In this document: positions 47,063-58,895 of the stretch, piece after piece
Layout: every line of letters begins with the position of its first letter
How positions within the stretch are numbered: the stretch's first letter is position 1
Origin: Bacteroidia bacterium
Lineage (GTDB): Bacteria; Bacteroidota; Bacteroidia; SpSt-205
Direction of reading: 5' to 3'
Assembly (NCBI GenBank): GCA_026003215.1
Contig: BPGV01000001.1
Coordinates: forward strand, 2,202,466 to 2,266,465
DNA length: 64,000 nt
Translations under genes and position numbers: made by a program
Notes under the pieces: generated by a model
Told to the model about the DNA's origin: nothing
The model's database searches: none
Seen by the model: the letters and a program-made list of their open reading frames with translations, nothing else

Positions 47063-50008
47063 ATGCGAAAGGCACTCGGGCTGGCAATAGCTATTTTGGT
47101 AGGGGTAGGGGTGGGGATAAGCTTATACCGTAAAGCCCTTGTACGATGGGCTGCAGAGCAGGCGTTGAGTTTCTTTACAGGTACCTTGGTAAAGGTAGAA
47201 TCGCTCCAAGGCTGGAACTGGCACTGGGATGGACGCTGGAGCGTCTCCTTGCAGGGAGTGCGACTATCCAGTTCCCTCCCCGGCGACACTGCGGCTGCTG
47301 CCTACGTAGCAGAACTCCGCCTTGTTGGCCAGGGAAAGGCCATAGACACGGTGCTTGTGCGGGGCGCTGCACTCTCTTTTGTACGGCTTAGCAAGAGTCA
47401 AAAAAACTTTCGCTTTTTTCCGCGCAGGGGCACAGGCCAAACCCACCAGTCCTTTGTGGTACAAGCCGAAGGAATCCAGCTTCGGTTGGATAACTTGCCG
47501 CCAAGGGTGTCACTTTCGGTGGAGGCATCTCAGGTACGAGGATGTGTCTTTGTAGATACGGCTCAGGTGCGCATCAGCGAGGGAGAAGCCTCTCTCTCTC
47601 TCCGCGAGCTGTGTGTGCGCGACAAACTGTGGCCGTTTCCTCATTACCTAACCCTGCGCTTGGAGGGTGCTTACAAAAAAGGCCAAGATTTATGGGAGGA
47701 CTTACGACTCTATCTGCAGGGAGAGGGGGCCTCTCTCGCTTTTGAAGGAAGCTTGGCTGCTTGGGAGAAGCCGACCGGCTGGCTCTACGCGCATTTAGAC
47801 TCCACCCAGACCCAAGCTGTGGCTCAATCCCTGTCTCTTTCTCCGAAAGTATCCGAAGTCTCAGTCGCAGCATGGATCCACGAACGCTCTTACGCAGGCA
47901 TGCTTTGGGGCCGCTGGGAAGGAAGACCCTATGAGATATGCCTCCAAGGCCACGAAGCCACCCTCCATGCGGTAGAGGGGCGGCTTGCTCTGTCTTTTGC
48001 CCAGGTGCATTTCCGGGGCAAGCCCCCCTGGTTTGCGGTAGACGGGGCTTTTCACCATGAGGGCTTATCCGGCTGGGGAGAGGGCCTAATAAACCTCCGA
48101 CAGCAAACGGGGCGCCTGCGACTTCGTACAGCTTCGGGTGATGCTGTATGGGTATCGGGTTCGGTGGACAGCCTGCGAGGGACAGGCTACATAAAAGGCA
48201 TCCCGTTCAAGCTGGCTTGGAAAAAACCGAAGGGCCTTATCCTCTATTTAGACACTGTCGTGAAGGATACTCTGCTGCAAGCGTTCTCCTCGTATAGATT
48301 TCTTGTAGAAGGGAAAGGGCCCACCCCGCCCATAGAGGCGCATTGCCAGCGACTTATATGGGACTCGCTCACTGCTGCGCGGGAGGTTCGGCTTTGGCTT
48401 AGGGATACGCTTCTCTGGGCTGAGGGAAGGATAGGGTATCGGGATTTTCCTCCTTTTGCTCTCCGCATAGGGACTACCTCACGCTTGCAGCGTGGCTGGG
48501 TAGCTGCAGAAAATGAGCTGGGGTATGCCTTTGGCGAGTGGAAGGGAGATAGCCTCCGCCTCAGTGGCACAGGCAAGTGGGCAGATATTTTATGGACAGT
48601 TGCAGGCGAAGGTTCCTTAGTAGAAAAACGGCTTTGGCTCTACCAGGGCGTAGCGGAATCCCCTCGCGGGGATTGGGCCTCTGTAAGGGGAGCTTTCTCC
48701 CTTCAGGGGGCTGACGCCTCTCTCTCCGCCGAAATCGACCTTCCATGGCTTTTGCAGTTTCTCCCGCTGGAGGGTCTTACCCTTTCCCAAGGGAAAATAG
48801 CTTTACACCTGTGCGCTCAAGGCTCGTGGGATACCCTCCTCCGGTGGGATAACCCCACCGAAGGCGAGGCCACCCTCACCCAGATAAAGGGTTTTTTCCC
48901 GCGTATAGGCCTACCCCTGGAAAACCTTTCGTTACGGCTCACGTATAGCCCCGAAGAGACCAGAGTAGCAACCCTCTCTGCTCAAATCGGCCCTACGGTA
49001 ATCCATGCTTCTGGGCACCTCCAAGGGACCCTCAGTTACTTATACACCGATTGGTATCGGCTGAAAGGTCACTTGCAAGTGACTGCTGACGGGCTACCCT
49101 TAGACGCCTTTTGGCGACAAGTGGAAACCAAAGGTGCTCGTCGGCGCGTGCGCTTGCCTCAGCAGATGGACCTCCAGCTTGCTGCCCGCCTCTCTTCCAT
49201 AGATGTATATGGGCTGAACTTTCCCTACGCTTATCTAACGGGGGGGATCCAGGGAGGGCTTATCACCGTAGATACGCTCCTGCTTAACTATGCAGAGGGC
49301 CGTATACAAGCCCAAGGGACCTTAGATGCGCAAGATACGGCCTGCTATATGCTTGTGGGCCGACTCCAGCCAGAAGGGGTAGAGATAGCCCATATTTTGC
49401 GGGACTTTGGTTTAGATACCATAGAAACCTTGCGTAGGCTTCGTTTGAGAGGGCGATTTTCAGGGCAGGGGCAGGTAGCCCTAAGGTTTGCGCCTTCCGT
49501 CCAATGGCGGGACCAAAGTAGCTTTTGGGCCGGTGGGCGTATCTATGAGGGTTCTTTTAAGACGCCTCGCTTTTTGCGGTGGTTTCGTCCCTACTACTTA
49601 GCTGCTTATAAAGATAGCATGGATTTTCTTGCGGAGATCCCCACTTTTCAGCTTACGGATGGTTTCTTACGCATAGAAGATGCGCTCCTCCTTACACGGG
49701 TGGCGGCGTTTCGGATGTATGGATACCATTATTTAGCTGCGGATAGATTTTTTTATCGCCTGCAAGGGGCCCGACTCTATCGTCGGGTGCAGCGTCAGCC
49801 CACACTTGCCAGCTTGCCTACCTATGTGATAGACTTAGTGGATCGAAGCTTATTTCTCCTCTACGTGGAGAAATCGGGGAAAAAAGTCCGCTGGTACTAT
49901 CCTTGGCGATACCTTCTGCGGCGGCTTTTGCAACTCAGGTGGGCAGAACCGCGCCTCAGACCCGCAAAAAAGGCTCTCAGTACGCCTTCGCTTGAGCTAT
50001 TCCCCTGA
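47063..50008 (+). CDS. AsmA-like / repeating beta-groove envelope protein
   Basis: N-terminal anchor, G..IDTVLVRGAALSF...NF motif, long amphipathic beta-strand pattern. Confidence 0.55.
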   Translation: MRKALGLAIAILVGVGVGISLYRKALVRWAAEQALSFFTGTLVKVESLQGWNWHWDGRWSVSLQGVRLSSSLPGDTAAAAYVAELRLVGQGKAIDTVLVRGAALSFVRLSKSQKNFRFFPRRGTGQTHQSFVVQAEGIQLRLDNLPPRVSLSVEASQVRGCVFVDTAQVRISEGEASLSLRELCVRDKLWPFPHYLTLRLEGAYKKGQDLWEDLRLYLQGEGASLAFEGSLAAWEKPTGWLYAHLDSTQTQAVAQSLSLSPKVSEVSVAAWIHERSYAGMLWGRWEGRPYEICLQGHEATLHAVEGRLALSFAQVHFRGKPPWFAVDGAFHHEGLSGWGEGLINLRQQTGRLRLRTASGDAVWVSGSVDSLRGTGYIKGIPFKLAWKKPKGLILYLDTVVKDTLLQAFSSYRFLVEGKGPTPPIEAHCQRLIWDSLTAAREVRLWLRDTLLWAEGRIGYRDFPPFALRIGTTSRLQRGWVAAENELGYAFGEWKGDSLRLSGTGKWADILWTVAGEGSLVEKRLWLYQGVAESPRGDWASVRGAFSLQGADASLSAEIDLPWLLQFLPLEGLTLSQGKIALHLCAQGSWDTLLRWDNPTEGEATLTQIKGFFPRIGLPLENLSLRLTYSPEETRVATLSAQIGPTVIHASGHLQGTLSYLYTDWYRLKGHLQVTADGLPLDAFWRQVETKGARRRVRLPQQMDLQLAARLSSIDVYGLNFPYAYLTGGIQGGLITVDTLLLNYAEGRIQAQGTLDAQDTACYMLVGRLQPEGVEIAHILRDFGLDTIETLRRLRLRGRFSGQGQVALRFAPSVQWRDQSSFWAGGRIYEGSFKTPRFLRWFRPYYLAAYKDSMDFLAEIPTFQLTDGFLRIEDALLLTRVAAFRMYGYHYLAADRFFYRLQGARLYRRVQRQPTLASLPTYVIDLVDRSLFLLYVEKSGKKVRWYYPWRYLLRRLLQLRWAEPRLRPAKKALSTPSLELFP

Positions 50009-50026
50009 GTCCTGTACATTTGCCTC

Positions 50027-53000
50027 ATGGGCCGACTTTTGCTAAGGCTGCTATGGATAGGCGGGCTACTCGCACAAGAATGCGATATCATTTATGTCAC
50101 CCCGAATGGTGCCACCGGGCCTGGCGCCGGGACCCGCGATAATCCCGCCGAGCTCAACTATGCTATTGCTAACCTCCTCACGCCTACTATCCGCCGCATC
50201 TACCTGGGCTATGGGATTTACACCTTGACGCAGCCCCTCCCCCTCCATAACGGTCTACAACTGGAAGGGGGCTTTGACCCCAGCCAAGCCTGGGTAAAAA
50301 CCAACCTTTACCCTACTATCCTCTTCCGAGCAGCAGTGAATCCCCAGTCTAACCCCAGCCGGCTCGTGGCTATAGAGGGTATAAATGTGAACGGCTTCCG
50401 CATACAAGACCTGGAGGTGTATGTGGAGGATGCGACGGCCTTGGGGGCAGGTACTACTACCTATGCCCTCTATTTGAATGGGTGCAGCAACTATGTGGTG
50501 AATCGCTGTCGGTTTTCGGCGGGGGCGGGGGCGAATGGCGACCCTGGTCAAAATGGCGCTGCAGGCCGCAATGGGGCGGCTGGACAGATAGGCCAGCAAG
50601 GGGATGAAGATGCCGGCTGCTGCCGAGCCGGGGGCGCAGGCGGCAATAGCTGGTCGGGCGGTCTCGTAGCCGGCGGCCGCGGCGGCGACGGCGGCCAACG
50701 TGGCACCTGTGGCCCTGGTGGCCAAGCTTATAATGGCGCGCCGGGCCAACAAGGTATCCCTCCCTCTCCCCAGCCGTATGCACCCGCAGGCGGCGCCGGA
50801 GGGGCTGGCGGCGTAGGAAATAGCTCTATCATTTCTTTGGGGTGTGACAACTTCGCTGCTCAGAATGGCGCCGATGGACAGCCTGGCCAAGATGGAACCA
50901 ATGGCGCTGCTGGGGGGCCCGGTACGCCTACCCATGCCGGCGGCTTCTTTCGCCCAGGCGATGGGCAGGACGGCCAAGATGGCCAGCATGGCTCCGGCGG
51001 CGGGGGCGGCGGTGGTGGCGGTAGCCAAGGTAATCTGCTATGTTTTCCGTCTAATCTTAACGGGACAGGTGCCGGCGGCGGCGGCGGTGGAGAAGGCGGC
51101 GAAGGGGGCAAAGGCGGCAAAGGCGGCGGGGGCGGCGGCGGCTCCTTCGGCATCTACCTCTGGAATAACGGCGCTAATGCCCTCTTTGTGGATGTAATAG
51201 CCGCATCCAGCTTGCCGGGAGCCGGCGCCCCAGGAGGATTTGGCGGCATCGGCGGCATAGGGGGCAGTGGCGGCTGCGGTGGCGCTCGCGGCTGCGCCGG
51301 CCAGCCTAACGCTTGCGATATTGGCTATGGCGGTAACGGCGGCCGTGGGGGCAACGGGGGGAACGGCGGCAACGGCGGCCCAGGCGTCGCCGGCCTCGCC
51401 CAAGACGTCTATATCTCTGCGGGTAGCACAGCGCCTACCCTCTCGTCCTTCCGCAGTCCCGACGAACCTAAAATCTTTGTGCGTTACACTGGCTGCACCG
51501 AGCGTACCGTGAAACTTTGGACCGATGCGGCGGGCTACATCGTCTGGTTCTTCGGGCCAGGGAGTACCCCCCCTACAGCTATCGGCGATACCGTCACTAC
51601 CCGCTATACGACCCTCGGCCGTAAAAGCCTTTCCCTCATCGTCAATGGCCAGACCTACACCTATTACGAGTTTTTGGACATTCGGGATGATGGGACGGGT
51701 ACTAATCCTACCTTCACGCAAAGTGCCGATACGGTATGCTTAGGCGGGCAAGTCACCTTCACCAGCAGCTTAGCTGGTGCCGCTAACTACCTCTGGGACT
51801 TCGGCGGAGGCGCCCCGCCTGTCTCTGGCCCCCTCAATAACATAGCCCAGCCGACCTTCAATACCCCAGGTACTTTTGTGGTGACCCACCAGACCTATTC
51901 GCCCTGCTGCGGCTGGTCTGACCCCTACCAGGATACCATAGTGGTTTTGCCCACGCCCGCTCCTACGCTGACTATACAAACCTCTACGGGTTCTACGGAA
52001 ACGTGCGAGGGTACGCCTGTTATCTTTACCGCTCAGCTCCAAAACTTTGCGCCCAATCCGACCATCACTTGGCAGGTGAATGGTACCCCCCGCAGGCACG
52101 GGCCAGACCTTTATCCTCACCAATCCCCAGCCGGGCGACCAAGTGCAAGCCATCGCCATCGGCAATACCGCCTGTTCCCGAGGACAGCCCATTTCGTCTA
52201 ATACGATCACCCTTACTGTCCATCCCCGTCCTGTTATTCAGCCGCTGGCAGTGGGCTGCTTCCAAATCACAGGGAACCTTGTGCCCGGAGACCTGATTAC
52301 GCTCTCGGCTTCGGTCTCGGGCGGGAGCGTGCCCTATCAGTTTTATTGGGACTTAGGGGATGGGCGCGGCGCTACAGGCAATCCCGCTACCGTCATGTAT
52401 CCTACTGCGGGTACTTACCGCTTGCGGCTTACAGTAGTAGATGCCAACGGCTGTACCAGCAGTAATACCGCTGCTTGCGAGACTACCTTGGTGATTGCTT
52501 ATCGGCCGGTGGCGGCCTTCTCGGCCACGCCTCTCCAGGGCTGCCCACCCCTCACGGTCTCCTTCACGAACCAGAGCATCTACGCAAACGCTTACCTCTG
52601 GGACTTTGGCGATGGCTCTCCCACTACCACTCAGCTTAACCCCATGCATACTTACACTACCTCAGGCGAATACACGGTTACTTTATACGCCATCTCGGCA
52701 GGAAACAACGATACGGCCACCGTGCAAAATCAAGTGGTGGTCTATCCCGTACCGGTGGCAGATTTCTCGGTATTCCCGCCCGTACTTTATGAAGCCGATA
52801 CTGCCTATTTTGTCTCTCAGGCGCAAGGGGCAAGTAGCTGGCTGTGGTTCTTTGGCGACCCTGCTAACCCTAACGCCTCGTCCACCGACCCGAACCCCTC
52901 GTACTTTTACGCACAACCGGGCAGCTATACGGTCACCCTCATCGTAACCAACCTCTACGGCTGTAAAGATACTTTGGTCAAGACGGATGCCGTTATAAAA

Positions 53001-53258
53001 CTCCCCAATCCAGCGCCTACGGCTTTGGGTACGTTCCCCCGAGAAGCCGTGCAGGTGTGGCCTAATCCCTTCACAGACAAGCTCTATGTGCGCTTACCGG
53101 AGGAAGCCTCTCTCGTGATGTACGATGCGCATGGGGTCTTGATATGGGAAGGGCAGTTGTCCCGGGGCATGCAGGCTTTGTCTTTCATGCAGCTGCCGAC
53201 GGGATTATACTTTTTACGGATAGGCCCTTGGACAATCAAAGTACATAAACTCGGCTAA
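50027..53258 (+). CDS. Gly-rich + PKD-repeat T9SS type-A CTD protein, frameshifted at C6 (52086-52091)
   Basis: Signal peptide, IYVTPNG..GTRDNP, long GGxGGxGG region, WDFGDG PKD repeats, CTD VWPNPF...LPTGLYFLRI; removing one C joins ORFs 50027 and 52080. Confidence 0.8.
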
Positions 53259-53262
53259 TCTT

Positions 53263-56200
53263 ATGGCAAAAATATACGCTTTCTGGCTGGCTTCGTTATA
53301 TGTATATGGCCAGGCCTGTGGCTATTTGTATGTGTCTCCCATGGGTACAGCCACGGCTGCGGGTACGCCGGCGGATCCGCTTTCGCTGTCCGCGGCCATA
53401 GCCCAGGCAGCTGCAGGTCCGATAAAGCACATTCGGCTGGCGATAGGGGATTATCCGCTGACTGCGCCGCTCTCCTTGGAGGATAACCTTATTTTAGAGG
53501 GGGGCTTTGACCTAAGCAATCCCGCCCAACCGGTCAAGCGCAGTGGGGGCATCACGCGCCTACGTAGGCTCAGTGGTACGCCGGAGCCTAACCCCTGCCG
53601 CCTTGTAGCCGTTCAAGCTGTCAGCAAGACTGGCTTTGAGCTCCATGACCTCTATATAGAGGTAGAAAATGCCAGCTCGACGGCGGATGGGCCCAGCTGC
53701 TCTACCTATGGCTTGTACTTGAATGGCTGCGCTAACTATCAGATTGTGCGGTGTCGGATTCATGCGGGGAATGCTACGGATGGAAAGCCCGGCGATCCTG
53801 TGCCTAATGGCCGCGATGGGGCTCCCGGCACCAAGGGTGAAGATGGCTGCCGTCAGTGCCAGCCTGGGGTAGATGATCCCAATAACGACGGGGGGGGAGG
53901 CGGCAGTAGCTGGTCAGGGGGCGCCCAAGCGGGGGGTAATGGCGGTAATGGTGCTCCCATTGGTACAGGACGCGGTCCTGCTGGGTGTTTTGACCTTAAC
54001 TTTTGTAACGGCGCTTCAGCTCCTAATGGGCAGCCCGGCCAAAACGGTGCTACCACTGTCATGGGGCAGCCCGTAGGACTGGGCGGCGGGTCGGGTCAAG
54101 GCCAAAATATCTGTGCTAACTTCACTGATGCAGCGGGCTTTATCGGAGCCTTAGGGGGATGTCCGTCGGATGATCCGTTGCGCGGGGGCCAGCCTGGCAC
54201 GGATGGGGCTAATGGCCGGGACGGAGCGGATGGTCAGCCCGGTAGCCCCGCTTTTACAGGAGGGTGGTTTATCCCTGGGAATGGGCAGGATGGCCAGCCT
54301 GGGGAGCATGGCGCGGGTGGAGGTGGGGGGGGGGGGGAGGGGGTGCGCTCGGCGGAATCCCTTATGATATTGCCTGCTTTCGCATAGACGATGGCTACAC
54401 GAATAGTTCCGGTGGGGGCGGTGGTGGGGGTGGGGAAGGTGGGGAAGGTGGCCCTGGGGGCAAAGGCGGCGGTGGGGGCGGTGGGGCTTTTGCGCTCTTC
54501 CTCTGGAATAACGGCGCAAATGGGGTCATCCGAGACTGTCCCCTCACGGTGGGCCAGCCCGGCCAAGGGGCCCCCGGCTCGCCGGGGGGTTTAGGCGGAC
54601 AAGGAGGGGCCGGCGGCTGCGGTGGTGGATGGATTGGCTCACCTTGTACCCGCTTCTGTGGCTCGCCGCCCCTTCCCAACAATAGCTGTGGGGCCGGCTG
54701 CCAAGGGGGATGGGGCGGCAACGGCGGAAAAGGCGGCAACGGCGGCAAAGGCGGAAAAGGCGGCGATGGCGCTGCAGGTATTGCTCAGCCCTTCTATCAA
54801 AACCTTGCCGGCCAACCCCCTACCCAAACCAACAGCTTCGTTCCCACCGAAACGCCTATTGCCGTGTCGGGCCTCGTCTGTACCCACTCGGAGGTCACCT
54901 TCACTGTGGAGAATGCCGACCCTCTCACTCAATATGAGTGGGGCTTCGGCGCTAATGCGCAGCCCATCTTCGGCTATGGTCCTACCGCTACTACGGCTTT
55001 TACTTCGGCCGGCTTTCATACTATCCTGCTGCGCGTGAATGCCGTGCCCTTCCGATACACCCTTTTTGCCTCCCCGCTCCAACCGGGGGTTATTCCCGAT
55101 ATTCAACCAGTGGGCAGTCTTCCCGTGTGTTTAGGCGCTACTGCTACCTTCCAAGCTAACCTCACCAATCCCGCCAACCGCTCCATTCTGGAATACCACT
55201 GGCAGCTTACAGGCCCTGTCTCGGATAATGTTTCATCGGCGACGGCTTCCACTTATACTACGCCCGCTTTGACCCAAACAGGTACTTATACCCTGTACTT
55301 GCGGGTACGCTCCGAGTGCTGCGGGTGGTCCTTACGCGATTCGCTCACTTTTCAGGTAGTGCCTTCGCAGACGATGACGGCGCAGCTTATCGCCGCGCCG
55401 CCTGCCGTATGTGCAGGCGAGCCTATCACCCTTACGGTAGTAGGCGGAAACCTTGGCGCTACGCCTACCTTCGTATGGCGTAAAAACGGCAGTCCCATTG
55501 CAGGCGCACCTAATGCCCCCACTTACACCGACCCTGCCCCCCAAAACGGCGATGTATATGAAGTCCAGGTCACTTCCAGCCTGGCCTGTATCAGCAATAA
55601 CCCCCTCACTACTAACACGGTTACGGTGGTAGTGCATCCTCGTCCGCAGCTCGCTTGCACCTCGCCCCTGAGTGGGTATTTGGGGGCACCCGTAACCTTT
55701 ACTATTGATGCTTCCAATGCTGGGCAGCTCCAAGGGCCTTTCTCTTACCAGATTGATTTAGGTAATGGCTTTTCGGTGACAGGTCAGTCGGCTACTTTGC
55801 CCGCCTCAGCTGCGGCTTCGTACGGAGGCGCAGGAACTTATACGGCTACTATTACCATGACCGACGCCAATGGCTGCTCGGCCTCTTGCCAGGTCACGGT
55901 GAATATCTCTGCGGCCCCGCCTCCTACGGCAGACTTTACTGCTGACAGGCAGGAGGGCTGTGACCAGCTCACGGTTACCTTCACCGCTACCCCCCCAGCA
56001 GACGAATACCGATGGGATTTTGGCGATGGCACCCCACCCCTTACCACTACCCAAAATCCCGTCCAGCATACTTACGCCCAGGTAGGCTTCTACACCGTGC
56101 GGCTGGAAGCCCGCTTCGGAGCTACCTGGGTCCCCGTGGAAAAGGTGCATTATATCCGAGTGTATCGTACCCCTTCCCCCCAGATTGGCGTGCTAAGCGC

Positions 56201-57185
56201 TATTTGTGAAAACCAGCCCGTGCAGTTTGGCGATATCGGTTCGGATGGATATAGCTGGCTGTGGGACTTTGGAGATGGAACCACCAGTACAGCCCCGGGC
56301 CCCCAGCATGTGTATGCTACCTCGGGTACCTATACCGTGACGCTTACTGCGTGGAGCCATAACCGCGTGTGTTCTACCACTGTGCAGACGCAGGTAGTAG
56401 TAGCTCGCCAGCCCCAAGCCAGTTTCAACCTCTCTCCTACGGAGGGGTGTCCTCCCTTTACGGTCACGCCGGAAAATACGTCTAATCCCTCGGGTGCGCC
56501 GGGCGTGTATTATATCTGGGTCTGGGGTGATGGCAGCCGGGATACGGTTTCTGCGCTTACGGCGCCCAGTCATACCTATACGCAGAGTGGTACCTTTACG
56601 CTGCAGCTGGTAGCGGTAAGCTCGGAAGGCTGCCGCGATACGGCGCAGGCGCAGGTGGTGGTACGTCCTCGGCCGCAGGCGGCTTTCTCGCCGCAGCAGG
56701 TGACCCAAACCCAGCCCAATACGCAAGTCTCCTTTACCAACCAATCCCAAGGCGCTGCCTCGTACTTGTGGGACTTTGGGAATGGCCAGACTACCACCGA
56801 AGCCCAGCCGGGGCCGGTGGATTTCCCCAATCCAGGCACTTATACGGTGCTGCTTATTGCCTACTCGGCCCAAGGTTGCCCTGACACGGCCCGAGGTATC
56901 GTCGTCATAGAGCCCGGCCTGGATATCTTCATCCCGAATATCTTTACCCCTAACGGCGATGGTATCAACGATGTATGGCAGATTCGTGCCACCCTATCCT
57001 ATCAAGTATGGGTGTATGACCGCTGGGGCAACTTAGTCTTTGAGGGGGATAATACCCGGCTCTGGGATGGGCGCAAGCGCGGCGGAGGCGACTGCCCGGA
57101 GGGCGCCTATACCTACAAGCTTATTGCCAGGCTGCCGAACGGCCAGACCTTTACCCGTTCGGGTACCGTAACCCTTCTCCGCTGA
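53263..57185 (+). CDS. Gly-rich + PKD-repeat T9SS type-B (gliding-motility-associated) CTD protein, frameshifted at G13 (54325-54337)
   Basis: Paralogue of the upstream gene; multiple PKD repeats; CTD FIPNIFTPNGDGIND...YDRWG...GTVTLLR; ORFs 53263 and 54264 join at the poly-G. Confidence 0.8.
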
Positions 57186-57189
57186 GGCT

Positions 57190-57651
57190 ATGGGCGCTGC
57201 ACGAAGAGAGCCTGAGGGCTTATCGCCCGAGGAGAAGGCGGCTTTGCGCGAGACCATAGCAGAGCGCCGACAGGCTCGCCACTGGCAGAAAAATCCCGCT
57301 GCTGCCCAGGAGGCGGTAGAGTCGTATATCCGAACCTTGCCCCCTGCTGACCAGCAGCTCGCATGGAAGCTACATACCCTGGTGCAGCAGGTAGCCCCCG
57401 CCTTTCGGCCGCGCCTATGGTACGGCATGCCCGCTTATACCGATGTGCAGGGGCGAGTGGTGTGCTTTTTCCAGCCGGCCAGTAAGTTCAAAACGCGGTA
57501 TGCAACGATAGGCTTTACGGATGCGGCCTTGCTGGATGAAGGGAACCTTTGGTCCGTAAGCTATGCGGTGCGTGAGATAGGGGACTCGGAAGAGATTTTC
57601 TTCCGAGAGAAGCTACAACGAGCGTTCAGCAGCGCCTCTCTTAAAAAGTAG
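57190..57651 (+). CDS. DUF1801 (YdhG-like) protein
   Basis: LWYGMPAY, VVCFFQPASKFKTRYATIGFTDAALLDEGNLW. Confidence 0.8.
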   Translation: MGAARREPEGLSPEEKAALRETIAERRQARHWQKNPAAAQEAVESYIRTLPPADQQLAWKLHTLVQQVAPAFRPRLWYGMPAYTDVQGRVVCFFQPASKFKTRYATIGFTDAALLDEGNLWSVSYAVREIGDSEEIFFREKLQRAFSSASLKK

Positions 57652-57682
57652 GTTTAGAGAAAACCGTAACTTTGTCCCAGTT

Positions 57683-58867
57683 ATGACCAATAGGGTACAA
57701 ATTTTGGTTTTGAGACTTGCTCTGGTACTAAGTAATCTTTTGGCGCAGAATGTAGGTATCGGCACGAGCACACCTGTTTCCCGGTTGCATGTAGCAGGAA
57801 CGAATGCTACCCTTACCGTAGGCCCCTTTGGTATAGGCCAGAGTGAGGGGCGGATCGTAGCCACAGGAAGTGCAGCAGAGATTTCATTTGTGAGGAGAAC
57901 TCTTACCACTTGGCCTACTTCCCCTCAGCCTGGAGATAGATTCGCTTGGCATAATCCTGACGGTACTGCTCGCCTGTGGTCCAATGCCGACTTGGTATGG
58001 GTAACTGCGGGGGGTTATGTGGGCATAGGGACTTCGCCTGGGGTGCCGTTGCACGTGCGGAAGGATGCACCTGCTTCTCAGCCTACCGCAGCTTTCTTGA
58101 ATGCGAGCGGCGTAGGAGTATACATAGGCCACATAAGTGGCACAGGTACCTATGGCTCTGTACAAGGTAGGAATGGCGGTTCCTCCGCAAACCTTATTCT
58201 CCAAGAAAATGGAGGGCTTGTAGGCATAGGAATCAATACCCCCCAAGTAAAGCTCCATGTTGTAGATGTGATTGAGGCTTCCGCACCTGACTATAATCAA
58301 AAATCGGCTTCTATTACTGGAGACGGATCCGTGGAGCTTCTGCGTAACCCAAACTCGGGTGCATTGCCTTGTACTGGTGTATGGGGTTATATTGATTTTA
58401 AGAACCTTCGTTCAGATGACCATGATGGGCGTATCCTATATGGGGATGGCCCCTGTTCCCCGAGCACTCCTCCGACAGAGGGTTTTTACTTTCTGAGAGG
58501 GCTAAATGGGCAATCCTCCATAGGGACCTACACCAGCACAGGCTGGGGACATTCCTCGGATGGTCGTCTTAAGACAGATGTACATCCCCTCTCTGGCGCC
58601 TTAGAGCGGGTTATGCGTTTGCGTCCTGTGTATTTCCGGTGGAAAAATGAACCTCATCAACGACAAGTGGGATTTATTGCGCAAGAGGTAGCCGACGTTT
58701 TTCCGGAGGTAGTTTCGCAGGTGGAGGATACCTATGTGCTCTACCACGGAAGCTTGACAGCGCCATTAGCGGGCGCCATTCAGGAGCTATATCAGATTAT
58801 CGAAGCCCAGCGTGAGGAGATCCGGCAACTCAAAGCGCGCATAGAAGCTTTGGAGCGGAGTAGATAA
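57683..58867 (+). CDS. Secreted tail-fibre-like protein with peptidase S74 intramolecular chaperone
   Basis: Signal peptide, three VGIGT/N..P...LHV repeats, SDGRLK, LRPVYFRW, GFIAQEV..VFPEVV, terminal coiled coil. Confidence 0.85.
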   Translation: MTNRVQILVLRLALVLSNLLAQNVGIGTSTPVSRLHVAGTNATLTVGPFGIGQSEGRIVATGSAAEISFVRRTLTTWPTSPQPGDRFAWHNPDGTARLWSNADLVWVTAGGYVGIGTSPGVPLHVRKDAPASQPTAAFLNASGVGVYIGHISGTGTYGSVQGRNGGSSANLILQENGGLVGIGINTPQVKLHVVDVIEASAPDYNQKSASITGDGSVELLRNPNSGALPCTGVWGYIDFKNLRSDDHDGRILYGDGPCSPSTPPTEGFYFLRGLNGQSSIGTYTSTGWGHSSDGRLKTDVHPLSGALERVMRLRPVYFRWKNEPHQRQVGFIAQEVADVFPEVVSQVEDTYVLYHGSLTAPLAGAIQELYQIIEAQREEIRQLKARIEALERSR

Positions 58868-58895
58868 GAGCTCCCGCTTTTGGGGTTGAAGGCTT

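Noticed and set aside
50520-54780. Gly-rich regions as collagen or mycobacterial PE-PGRS
   Set aside because: Mostly GGx or poly-Gly with only short Gxy runs, no PE domain, and T9SS CTDs present
57683-58867. Prophage remnant
   Set aside because: No integrase, terminase, capsid or other tail genes; has a host-type signal peptide and promoter
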